From the IMG/VR virus record IMGVR_UViG_3300042391_000634, positions 62,001 to 126,000 of that record: DNA of 64,000 nt. One strand, given 5' to 3'. Shown here one piece after another: positions 20,580-29,129 of the stretch (within the stretch, counting starts at the first letter, position 1; every line of letters begins with the position of its first letter). Made by a program: the position numbers and the translations under genes. The notes under the pieces were generated by a model. The model was not told the DNA's origin. It was given only the letters and a program-made list of their open reading frames with translations, and did not search any database.

Positions 20580-21680
20580 ATGGCAAAGAATACAGGAGAA
20601 GAAAGAAGAATATTTTTATTTAAAAATTTTGGTAAATTACTCAAAGTTAATTACAAAAATAAACCAACTAGTTTTGTGGATTTAAATTTAGGAGAAGAAG
20701 CTCCGAAAGGTGCTGGTTGGAATAAATTTATTGAAATGTATTTTAGTGATGAAAATGGAGTATTAACTTTTTTTAAAGATGCAAAAAAACTTTACGGTAC
20801 ATACAACAGTAAAAACCAAACAACTTTACAAAGTATAGTACCAAAAGTTAATTTACAACAGAACGACCCAACCAATATGTTTATTTTTTATGCTTGCGAT
20901 TTAGATTGGGCTAAAGATATTGGATATTGTAATGGAGGAAATAGTTCAACTTTACAGGATTATACCGGTTTTTATAAAATTGAGGGTAATGAACATGTTA
21001 GTGGTGCTGTTATTAATTACGATGAAACTAAACCTGATATTTTAGATGTGACGTTTCCAGATTTGGCGGATGCAAACTTTGGAAATTCCGCAATATTTCA
21101 AAAATATTCTAAAATTGAATTAAGAAAGGTTAATGATTTAAAATTTGACATATATTCACAAGATAAACAAATCAAATTTTCAGAGGTTATATTTAATGCA
21201 AATAAAAAAGAATTTACCTTTAAAATTGCACAAGTCTTTACGGGTAAAGGAGTAAAAGTGGAAGAATCGACACCCACTTCAGATACAGATACAACAGTAG
21301 ATAAGAAAAAAGATACAACATTACCTGTAGAAAAGAAAAAAGATGAAATACCGGTGGTTAGAACCAACACATTACGTTTCAACAATGAAAAGAAAACGTA
21401 TGTGGCAACAAAAAAATGTGACGATTTTCCTTTCACTTTAGGTTGTTCTAATAAATTAATCGGTGATTTAAATGCTGCACTTTTTAATGGAGATAGAATG
21501 AATGATGTTTATAATGATGAATTACAGAATGATTTAGATAATAGTGGTAATTTTGGTATAAATTCTAATATGGAAATTACAAAGAAAATATACGGTGATG
21601 TAATGGATAGATTACGAAAAAGAGGTGTAATAAAAGAAATGGTAAAAAAAGTTTTAAAAGAGTATATTATTAAGAAATAA
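20580..21680 (+). CDS. Hypothetical, probable virion protein
   Basis: Co-transcribed with the two previous genes. C-terminal VIKEMVKKVLKEY motif. Confidence 0.6.
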   Translation: MAKNTGEERRIFLFKNFGKLLKVNYKNKPTSFVDLNLGEEAPKGAGWNKFIEMYFSDENGVLTFFKDAKKLYGTYNSKNQTTLQSIVPKVNLQQNDPTNMFIFYACDLDWAKDIGYCNGGNSSTLQDYTGFYKIEGNEHVSGAVINYDETKPDILDVTFPDLADANFGNSAIFQKYSKIELRKVNDLKFDIYSQDKQIKFSEVIFNANKKEFTFKIAQVFTGKGVKVEESTPTSDTDTTVDKKKDTTLPVEKKKDEIPVVRTNTLRFNNEKKTYVATKKCDDFPFTLGCSNKLIGDLNAALFNGDRMNDVYNDELQNDLDNSGNFGINSNMEITKKIYGDVMDRLRKRGVIKEMVKKVLKEYIIKK

Positions 21681-21690
21681 AGAGTATTTA

Positions 21691-21790
21691 TTTATCAGAG
21701 TTTGGCGGTTTGGTCGCCGTTAAATGATAAACTCTAAAACGAAAAGGAGGTATTCTAAATCTCGACAAAGGGTCTTCGGACCTTTTGTTG
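21691..21790 (+). ncRNA. Candidate small structured RNA ending in a UUCG-capped terminator hairpin
   Basis: AGAGTTT/AAACTCT and GGCG/CGCC stems, then CAAAGGGTC-TTCG-GACCTTTTG. It could be only a structured 3' UTR. Confidence 0.4.
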
Positions 21791-21829
21791 TTTAATGGAC
21801 TTTTTAAAATTATTTATATATATTTTAAT

Positions 21830-23581
21830 ATGAACTTTATAAATTTTGATACAATATACGTTAATGGTTCTTCATTAACTGCAGGTGGTGGTTTATCCGA
21901 TTTTGGGGTTAAACAAGAATATAAAAAACAACATGGGGTTGAGTGGGTTAATGAAAAAGACGTAACATATCCAAAATATATTGCAGACCATTTTGGGGTT
22001 AAATTGGTTCATGATGCGTTTTCAGGTTCTGGAGCACCAAGATTGGTTAGAAGAACATACGAACATATACAAAAAATTGGTTTAGATAATGCAAGAAAAA
22101 CATTGTTTTTATTTGAAATAACGGACCCACCTCACAGAGTTGATTTATATGTGGAAAAGGTAAATGATTACGTTATAACCAATGTAAGATATGATGATGA
22201 TAGAAATATTGGTTCAATATCATCCATACAAATGCAAGACGTTTTAACAAAGGACGGCATAAAATATGACCACGATTACTTTAAAGGTCAAATATCGGAT
22301 GAAGTTAAAGATTACTTATCAAAATATCACAATCCTATAACATACTTTAATAAGTTTGTCGGTGAACTTGTTGGTTTATTTAGTTTTTTAGAAGAAAATA
22401 ATATTGAATATTTTTATTGGTTTGATAATGATTCACTACAAATGCCGTTTAAAGATTTTTATGTTGATTATGATAAAAGAAGAAACTTAAAATTTGGTGG
22501 GTTTAACTGTGTTAACCAATTCTGCACATTCCAAAATATGAGAATATGTGACGAATTAAACGGTGCAAGTGGTGATATGCATCCTGGTTATTTTGGTAAC
22601 AAAAACTTTGCGGAAAAGGTCATTAAAATGATTGAGGGTAAATTAAAACCGACCTTATATGTATTTGGGGATTCCCATACTCAAACATTTGAAAATCATT
22701 TTAAATCGGATTTATCATGGGCTAAACAATATGTAAATCATTTGGGTGAAACACCAAAAAATTATCCTGATTTAATTGCCGAACATTATAATATTGATGT
22801 TGTAAATTATGGTATGGGAGGATGTTCTAATTATACAATATTTGAGTCATTCATAAACAATCATAAAAATATAAAACCAAAAGATTTGGTTGTATTTGGT
22901 TGGACATCAATTAGTAGATTTAGAGTTGCTAATAACGTTAATGACCTTGTCGACATTATTCCGTTTACACCACATCCAAAACAAAATGACGATGTTGAAA
23001 AGAAAACTACGGAACAAATAGCCTACAATAAAGAAACACATTCAGTTTGGTGGACCGAAATTGAAAATTTTGTAAAGATTATTAATCATACATTAAAAAA
23101 TAATAAAGTATTACATTGGACATGGGTTAAACCAGAAAACATTTTACCAACAAGAATATGGTCTCAAGAAAGTATTGATTTAAAACATTCATATATCTTC
23201 AATAATTGGAACGAGTCAGAACCAAAAGTTCAAGAATTAATGAGAAAAAATTGTGATTATTTAGTTAATCTTACTGAAAATATAGATTTAAATGAATTAA
23301 AAACATTTGCGGAAAATGATAAAAGAATAATTTTTTATAACATTGAATTATGTAATGAGGAAAAAAGACAATTTGTTTTTCATAATTTTAAAATAAAACA
23401 TTACCAATCAAGAAACTTTAAAAAAGATTGTTATCAACATTTCATTCCATATAAAAAATATCAAAGCATACTTGAAGAAACCAATGGTGCCGTTGATGAT
23501 CTACACATTGGTAGATTTGGACACGTAGAACTATCGAAAGATTTAATTAAAGAATTTGAAATGAAAAAACCCATCAATTAG
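21830..23581 (+). CDS. Tandem SGNH/GDSL-like domain protein
   Basis: Block I motifs NGSSLTAG and FGDSHTQ, and block V DMHP and DLHI. Start at MNFINF (21830), 11 nt after TATTTATA. Confidence 0.65.
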   Translation: MNFINFDTIYVNGSSLTAGGGLSDFGVKQEYKKQHGVEWVNEKDVTYPKYIADHFGVKLVHDAFSGSGAPRLVRRTYEHIQKIGLDNARKTLFLFEITDPPHRVDLYVEKVNDYVITNVRYDDDRNIGSISSIQMQDVLTKDGIKYDHDYFKGQISDEVKDYLSKYHNPITYFNKFVGELVGLFSFLEENNIEYFYWFDNDSLQMPFKDFYVDYDKRRNLKFGGFNCVNQFCTFQNMRICDELNGASGDMHPGYFGNKNFAEKVIKMIEGKLKPTLYVFGDSHTQTFENHFKSDLSWAKQYVNHLGETPKNYPDLIAEHYNIDVVNYGMGGCSNYTIFESFINNHKNIKPKDLVVFGWTSISRFRVANNVNDLVDIIPFTPHPKQNDDVEKKTTEQIAYNKETHSVWWTEIENFVKIINHTLKNNKVLHWTWVKPENILPTRIWSQESIDLKHSYIFNNWNESEPKVQELMRKNCDYLVNLTENIDLNELKTFAENDKRIIFYNIELCNEEKRQFVFHNFKIKHYQSRNFKKDCYQHFIPYKKYQSILEETNGAVDDLHIGRFGHVELSKDLIKEFEMKKPIN

Positions 23582-24239
23582 ATGGGTTTTTATTTATTCT
23601 ACCTAATTTCCATCCTGTTGGTATTATCCCCATCATTTTTATTTTTTTATTTTTAATACCATTATTAATCCATTGAGAACCATATTGTGAATTTGATTCG
23701 CCAATACCTTGTCCTTTTTTTGATGATTTTATTTTCTCAATTGTTTCAGGTTTATGTTTTTTACCTTCCCAAGAATAATATTCTTGTATTGGTTTCATTT
23801 CACCCATTTGATATCTTTTTTTATTTGATTCAGATATTTGTGTAGAACGTTTTTTTCGATATTCTTCATCTGTTTTTAATCTTTCACTATGTTTTAACCC
23901 AGCAGCTTGGGAACATTTAAATTGATGTTTTTGATTGTTAAACCCACCTGAACCACCAGGTTTCATATTATAACAATTAACATCGTAAACATATTCTTCG
24001 GTGACAATTTCCTTTTCTCTTTGAATTAAAATTTCTCTATTTTTACACCATTCAATTATTTCAATTTTAAAATTTTCTTCACCATATTTTCTAATCGCAT
24101 ATCTTAAACTTTTACCACTACCTAAATAACCATCTTTTAAATTACTTGTTGAATGCATACCAATATAAAACTTATTGTTAAGTAAATTGGTTGTTTTATA
24201 AATGAAGTGGTATTTTTTTAACTTAATTGAGTTCGACAT
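23574..24239 (-). mobile_element. Free-standing GIY-YIG homing endonuclease (Seg-like) with NUMOD3-like repeats
   Basis: FIYKTTNLLNNKFYIG...YLGSG...E...YN and WEGKKHKPETIEKI. Lies immediately downstream of the tmRNA. Confidence 0.9.
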
Positions 24240-24262
24240 ACTAATAAATATGTCGAAAACTC
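24229..24262 (-). promoter_or_regulatory. Hairpin sequestering the endonuclease start codon, with a late-like promoter in its arm/loop
   Basis: Minus strand GAG-TT-TTCGACATA tttattag TATGTCGAA-CTC. ATG is in the 3' arm and TATTTATT overlaps the loop. Confidence 0.6.
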
Positions 24263-24274
24263 AAAAAAGTCGAG

Positions 24275-24679
24275 GGTGGAGACGAGGGGAGTCGAACCCC
24301 TGTCCGATCCGCCGTACCATAAATGGACTACACGTTTATTCAATTAGTTCACAATTGACAAATATTTGGTTCCTATTTTGACATCGTAACCAATAACTGT
24401 GTCGAGTTCACTTTAAGGTAGCCCTCTGAACGAGACCTTTGACACATTTTAAGTGGTATCATCACTGTGGGGACTTCTGTTCCTAGGTTATATGTCCTTC
24501 GACCCGAGTGTAGTTTCGCCTTAGGCTACTGCTACAGTAGAAGTTGCGATTAAACCGCAAGCTTCCATGTTTGTATAAACGTTGTCGTTTAAATTTTACC
24601 ACCATAGATTTAAGTCATAGATGACATCTGACTACGTGCCCATTTACCATACCAACGCCCGTCAATTCCAGGCGTCCCC
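24275..24679 (-). ncRNA. ssrA: tmRNA
   Basis: 5' GGGGACGCCTGGAATTGAC pairs with 3' GGTTCGACTCCCCTCGTCTCCACC, including the G3.U70 alanine identity pair. Internal tag ORF AAC GAC AAC...GTA GCC TAA at 24589-24521. Confidence 0.95.
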
Positions 24680-24688
24680 ATTTATAAT

Positions 24689-24720
24689 CAAATATAGATA
24701 AAAAAGGGTTAAAAAACTAA
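24689..24720 (-). promoter_or_regulatory. Bacteroidota-type promoter for the tmRNA
   Basis: TTAG-N20-TATATTTG, 9 nt upstream of the mature 5' end. Confidence 0.6.
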
Positions 24721-24755
24721 TTTTAACCCTGAATAACATATATGTTAGAAAAAAA

Positions 24756-24953
24756 TTACTTAGTAGTAGTTTTCTTAGCTTTTGGAGCTTTGTCAGTTAC
24801 TTTTTTAACTTTAGCTTTAACTTCAGCCACTTTCTCTTTAACAACTGCAACTTCAGCAACAACCTCAGTTTCTAATTGTTGTAATTCAACCGCTTTTTCA
24901 GCCATTGTTCCAGCACCTAAAATTTTCTTAATTAAATCAATAATTTTTTTCAT
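24756..24953 (-). CDS. 65-aa protein with a Lys/Ala-rich basic tail
   Basis: ...VKAKVKKVTDKAPKAKKTTTK. TATTTATA 14 nt upstream. Confidence 0.7.
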   Translation of the reverse strand: MKKIIDLIKKILGAGTMAEKAVELQQLETEVVAEVAVVKEKVAEVKAKVKKVTDKAPKAKKTTTK

Positions 24954-24996
24954 AAATTTTCTTTTTATATAAATATATCAAAAAACGACTAAATTG

Positions 24997-25677
24997 TCAA
25001 GAGGTCAATGGGAGAGATTTTTCATATAACGCCTCAAAAAACAACTTGTTCTTTTCCCATTTTTTATTGGTCATACCTACAGATTTATGGGTAACCCCAA
25101 ATCTTGTTGTTAAACCAATCTTAACCCCATCCAAAAAGTTTTCAACACAGAAGGAAATATCGTAGAAATGAAACCCTTCAAACTGTTCGTTAAATTCCTT
25201 CTTTATACGTCCTTTATGAACCGCAAAGAATAAACCATCCACTATTACCACATCCTTAAGAACGTCGTTAAATACCCCCTTAGAATAGTGATTTACATGT
25301 CTTTTACCCTCATGAAGATGACCAACCACACCAAACATATTCTCACGGTTTTGCCACCACATTCCACTTGTTAATTTATCGGTTCCAGCAATACCGATAA
25401 TTCCATATTCAGGATGTTTATCAAATAACTTAACAATCTTTGGTGTCATGTTTGGTGTTTCCAAAATAAGGTCATCATGCATGAAAACAATGATGTCATT
25501 AACACTTTCTTTTAACCCTTTGTTATAGACTTGTGTTAATGACATTTCACCGTCATTTTCATAAACAAGTATTTCTGTTTTGGGATGTGAAAACATACGT
25601 TCAACATGTTTAACATATTCATCATCAATTTTTCTTGTGGATATCACCACACTTATTGGTTCATTATTCTTCGACAT
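24997..25677 (-). CDS. GT2-like glycosyltransferase
   Basis: YNKGLKESVNDIIVFMHDDL and FHFYDISFC. Start set at MSKNN. Confidence 0.8.
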   Translation of the reverse strand: MSKNNEPISVVISTRKIDDEYVKHVERMFSHPKTEILVYENDGEMSLTQVYNKGLKESVNDIIVFMHDDLILETPNMTPKIVKLFDKHPEYGIIGIAGTDKLTSGMWWQNRENMFGVVGHLHEGKRHVNHYSKGVFNDVLKDVVIVDGLFFAVHKGRIKKEFNEQFEGFHFYDISFCVENFLDGVKIGLTTRFGVTHKSVGMTNKKWEKNKLFFEALYEKSLPLTS

Positions 25678-26413
25678 AAAGTACTTGTATTTTACCGTTG
25701 ATTTCAATTAAGTCAACAACGATCGGTTTATTAATTGGTCTATAATTGGCTGTACATATTGAGGCATTTACAAATAAAGTTTTTTTACCATATTCAATAC
25801 CGTAACCTTCATGAATATGACCAAATACGTTTACCAATGGATTAATTAAACCAATTCTATTTATCAAACATTCACATCCAACATTTGTATTTGGTTGTCT
25901 CCAATTGTTTACTAAATCTCTATACCCGTTTGGTGGACCGTGTGTAATTAACACATCGGTGTCTTCAGGAATCATATTCCATTTTTCCTGTAATTCAATT
26001 CCTAATCTTGGTAAATTAAATGCCCAATCGTAAAATTCTGGTTGCCAAGGACTACCGTAAAATTTAATAGGTCTTGAGAACTCAGGAGTTTCAATTGTTA
26101 TAAAACTATCTTCTAAATAAGTCACATCGGACTGTGATAAATTCTCAGGGGACATTAAATGATGTAACCAATCGTAATCACCTTTATGATGTGGTTGATT
26201 AACCTTTTCAAAACAAAAATCATGATTACCTGATATAAATATTTTTTCGTCCCATCCACCTAAGTTTTGGAACCAATGAATAAAATCAGTAACGTCTTTT
26301 TCGCCACCTTTGTTTGAGATGTCGCCTGCATGAATTAACACATCACCTTTTGGTAAAGGATGTTCCATCTGATGATGAAGGCTGTGGGTGTCGGATATTA
26401 ATACTAATCTCAT
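25664..26413 (-). CDS. Metallophosphoesterase (calcineurin-like, MPPED2-type)
   Basis: ISDTH, HAGD, SGNHD, ITHGPP and FGHIHE. Start at MRLVL, directly after TATATTTG. Confidence 0.92.
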   Translation of the reverse strand: MRLVLISDTHSLHHQMEHPLPKGDVLIHAGDISNKGGEKDVTDFIHWFQNLGGWDEKIFISGNHDFCFEKVNQPHHKGDYDWLHHLMSPENLSQSDVTYLEDSFITIETPEFSRPIKFYGSPWQPEFYDWAFNLPRLGIELQEKWNMIPEDTDVLITHGPPNGYRDLVNNWRQPNTNVGCECLINRIGLINPLVNVFGHIHEGYGIEYGKKTLFVNASICTANYRPINKPIVVDLIEINGKIQVLYVEE

Positions 26414-26447
26414 AAAACAAATATACAAATTATTTTCGAATATGCAT

Positions 26448-26474
26448 AAAAAAAGTCAGAATTTCTTCTGACTT
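26448..26474 (-). terminator. Terminator closing the large ncRNA
   Basis: Minus strand AAGTCAGA-agaaat-TCTGACTT followed by a T-run. Confidence 0.8.
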
Positions 26475-27400
26475 AATAGGGCCTTAGGTTTTCATAGAGA
26501 ACAAGGTCATTTACCACCACTTTGTTTTTCTAAACAAAGAAAATAAAACTCTGAGAATACAAGTTTTAACAACCGACTTAGGAACATTATTTGTTTCTTT
26601 CCTTTTCCACGAACTTTTGATTCGTACCGATCAATGACGGTCAATTAGATTAACCAATCCTAAAGTCATCAGATACTCTTTTATTACTTATTACTCAACA
26701 AATCTGCCGACCTGTTTCAACCTTGCGGGTTTAGAGAACTTTCTTAAAAATCATATTGGGATTGAGTCCCTTTATGGCCGTGAACCTCTCACGACTAAGT
26801 AGTCACCTGTCTCCAATGACTGACGAACACTTTTTCAGTTTAATTATGATTTTTATATCGTAATAAAAATTTAGTTTCCGAATTAGGAAAGTAGTGGTTC
26901 GTCACCTAGCCAAGTTATCTTTTGAACAACTCGATACTAAACTACTCTCTGAAGTGTCCCCACCTCCATATTTTTGGTTTCCTTCGAAATTAAACCCTTG
27001 GTAGGATTTAGTCAAGGACACTAACAGCACCACCTGTTTTTTGTCATACCTTCCATCTTACGACGCTACGGTTTTAAGACCACCATTGTATTGAATCACG
27101 CAATTGTATAATCGGATAACTATACTTCTCACAAACTAATTCTATGGATTATTCTTATTGGTGTTCCCACCTCAACCAAACAACTCGGATTGCTTGGTCA
27201 TCTAACCATTTCGCTACGGAGTTACCCTCACTACTTCAGGTCAAATGATATTCCACTTGTCTACTCGAGATCCATTACTGAATCCGCAACTTACCCCAAC
27301 CAAGGGTTTGTCACTTTATCCCACTTTCATGGTTTATTTTATTGACTATAGACGGCCAATATTTTTATTCAAAGAACTTTATCTTTTGGGTTATTCACCC
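26448..27400 (-). ncRNA. Large (~900-950 nt) structured non-coding RNA, GOLLD-like candidate
   Basis: No credible ORF, GC above flanks, many hairpins (AACC-CGCAA-GGTT, GGGA-CTCAA-TCCC, GAGTTGTTC-AAAA-GATAACTT), own promoter and terminator, next to tRNAs. Family identity rests on size, context and recollection only. Confidence 0.65.
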
Positions 27401-27440
27401 TTCTTTTACAAAGATAAGAAATGTTTTCTAATATTCCAAA
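27368..27440 (-). promoter_or_regulatory. Bacteroidota promoter plus boxA-like antiterminator
   Basis: TTTG(27440-37)-N20-TATCTTTG(27416-09), then AGTTCTTTGAA at 27378-68. Confidence 0.75.
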
Positions 27441-27656
27441 TTATTTAGAAACTTTTTTAGATTTTTTTTCTTTTTTAATTTCATATGATCCACCCATGTC
27501 ATGACCAACTTCCACATTCTCTTTTGGAGATGGGGATGCTACACCTCTCCACTCTGATTTTGTTGTGTATTTCCATGTTGTACCAGCCATTTGATAAGCT
27601 TGTTTTTCGTCAACTCTGATGATATTTCCAGTTTTAGTATTTTTTAAACACTTCAT
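27441..27656 (-). CDS. Hypothetical protein
   Basis: 71-aa ORF MKCLKNTKTGNIIRV with TTTG-N19-TATATTAT upstream. Confidence 0.75.
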   Translation of the reverse strand: MKCLKNTKTGNIIRVDEKQAYQMAGTTWKYTTKSEWRGVASPSPKENVEVGHDMGGSYEIKKEKKSKKVSK

Positions 27657-27704
27657 ATTTTTTGTTTTTAATAATATAGGAAATTTTTGTTAAAAAACAA
27701 AATA

Positions 27705-27817
27705 ATCAATAGGAACAGTTCCTTCACTTCTGTCTTGTATCTCCGTAGCAGTCAGCACTATTGATATTTGATGGATGAAAAACATCTATTCTTCTTGCGG
27801 ACTTCCATCGGAGTCCC
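27705..27817 (-). ncRNA. Candidate structured intergenic RNA
   Basis: ATCAATAG/CTATTGAT (27705-12/27758-65) and GGACT/AGTCC stems in a GC-enriched gap. Confidence 0.35.
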
Positions 27818-27822
27818 ATATC

Positions 27823-28050
27823 TTACAAAAACTTATTTCGGTTTATTCTTGTCTCTTCAGCCTCTTTATACCAACGAATCCAAGTTAATGAAACATCAAC
27901 GGGGGCAAGTATCCAAGCCATTACTAAAACCATGATAGTATCTAATTCTGGTGAACCACCTGTTGGGTCGTTAGAATATCTTTTGTCTAAATTTTTAAAC
28001 AATTGATACAAACAATAAATAACACAAATAACATAATAACCTATAAACAT
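27823..28050 (-). CDS. Small two-TM membrane protein
   Basis: Two hydrophobic stretches separated by a DPTGGSPE linker. Confidence 0.7.
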   Translation of the reverse strand: MFIGYYVICVIYCLYQLFKNLDKRYSNDPTGGSPELDTIMVLVMAWILAPVDVSLTWIRWYKEAEETRINRNKFL

Positions 28051-28063
28051 AACTTTTAATTTT

Positions 28064-28414
28064 TTATTTCCAAAATAACGATATAATAATAATTGTGAAA
28101 GCCAACAGTAATTGAACTGATGTTTTCATTGTGAACAGTTGACCAAAATGATATGGATATAAAAATGATGCAATAAAAATACCTGTTACAAAAAATATAA
28201 ATCTATTACTCCACATTTCACCATTAAACGCCTTTACACCATAATGAGATGCTTTAATCCACAAGAATGTACATCCAACAGCAATTAAATAGGGCCACGG
28301 GGTCTTAATCCAATTTTCCATTTTAAATTGCCAATACATTATATACCAATGACCAACTGATCCTAATAGGAAAAGTGATATTGATGTAAGCAAATTAAAA
28401 ATTTGTGGTTTCAT
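28064..28414 (-). CDS. Four-TM small membrane protein (SMR/DMT-like size)
   Basis: 116 aa from MKPQIF with four hydrophobic helices. The upstream ORF extension overlaps tRNA-Glu and was discarded. Confidence 0.7.
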   Translation of the reverse strand: MKPQIFNLLTSISLFLLGSVGHWYIMYWQFKMENWIKTPWPYLIAVGCTFLWIKASHYGVKAFNGEMWSNRFIFFVTGIFIASFLYPYHFGQLFTMKTSVQLLLAFTIIIISLFWK

Positions 28415-28452
28415 GATAATAATATACGAAAAATATTCCAATAAACAAAATG

Positions 28453-28524
28453 TATTCTCGACGGGATTCGAACCCGTATTACCTCCGTGAAAGGGAGGTG
28501 ACCTAACCCTTAGTCGACAAGAAC
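28453..28524 (-). tRNA. tRNA-Glu(TTC)
   Basis: Cloverleaf; CCTCC-CT TTC AC-GGAGG anticodon arm; GGTTCGAATCC T arm; CCA not encoded. Confidence 0.93.
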
Positions 28525-28766
28525 AAATAATCACTCAAATGGGTATTTGTTATAATATCACAATTGTTGCGCTATACTCTGGTTAATTACTCCGTCTGTA
28601 TCCAACAGCTTTATGTTGGCTTATAATTGGCTACTTTATTATAACTCACATTTTTATTTGTGATTAAAAATCCTCGTCTTTCCGAGGTGCCAAACAACCT
28701 TAGTCTCAATCTACTCTTCCGATTGTTAATCGTGTAGTGGATCCTCCCCATTAGACTTTTGGTTCG

Positions 28767-28853
28767 CGGAAGCGCAGGGATTCAAACCCCGGTTACAGTT
28801 TCCCGTAAAGCAGTTTTCAAGACTGCCGCATTCGATCGCTCTGCCACGCTTCC
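28767..28853 (-). tRNA. tRNA-Ser(TGA)
   Basis: GGAAGCG/CGCTTCC acceptor, GCAGT-CT TGA AA-ACTGC, long variable arm, T loop TTTGAAT. Confidence 0.92.
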
Positions 28854-28856
28854 ATT

Positions 28857-29045
28857 GACACCTTTATTTATCCAACTCACAGGTGTCTTAGCTGTCCCCT
28901 TTCGGGTTAGGAATAGACCATTGGGTTACTATATTTACCCCTTATAGTAGACGGTCAATCTAAATAGAACCTTGTCCTATCATCAGTTCCATATGGTCGT
29001 CAAACCACTTCTCTTCATATTGGACATACTATTCGGTGACTAACC
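28857..29045 (-). ncRNA. Candidate structured RNA between tRNA-CAT and tRNA-Ser
   Basis: GGTTAG/CTAACC and GAATAG/CTATTC close a ~140-nt multibranch; extra CCC-GAAA-GGG and GACACCT/AGGTGTC hairpins. Confidence 0.45.
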
Positions 29046-29053
29046 GAACCGTG

Positions 29054-29126
29054 TGGACCCGGAGGGGTATGATCCCCCGACCTCGACATTATGAGTGTCT
29101 TGCTCTACCAGCTGAGCTACAAGTCC
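29054..29126 (-). tRNA. tRNA with CAT anticodon (Ile2 or elongator Met)
   Basis: GGACTTG/CGGGTCC acceptor (G1-C72, so not initiator), GACA-CT CAT AA-TGTC, atypical T loop ATCATAC. Confidence 0.88.
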
Positions 29127-29129
29127 TAT

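Noticed and set aside
18159-21436. Antisense ORFs 18159..18602, 19972..20223 and 21098..21436
   Set aside because: Fully inside longer plus-strand genes that have promoter motifs; no recognisable features.
21744-21795. Perfect SD-like AAGGAGGT and a 23-codon ORF (21724-21795)
   Set aside because: No start codon follows the SD, the phage genes do not use SD, and the ORF runs through a terminator hairpin.
28980-28986. CUGAUGA on the minus strand (hammerhead core)
   Set aside because: The following stem is not followed by the required GAAA, so no hammerhead can be built.
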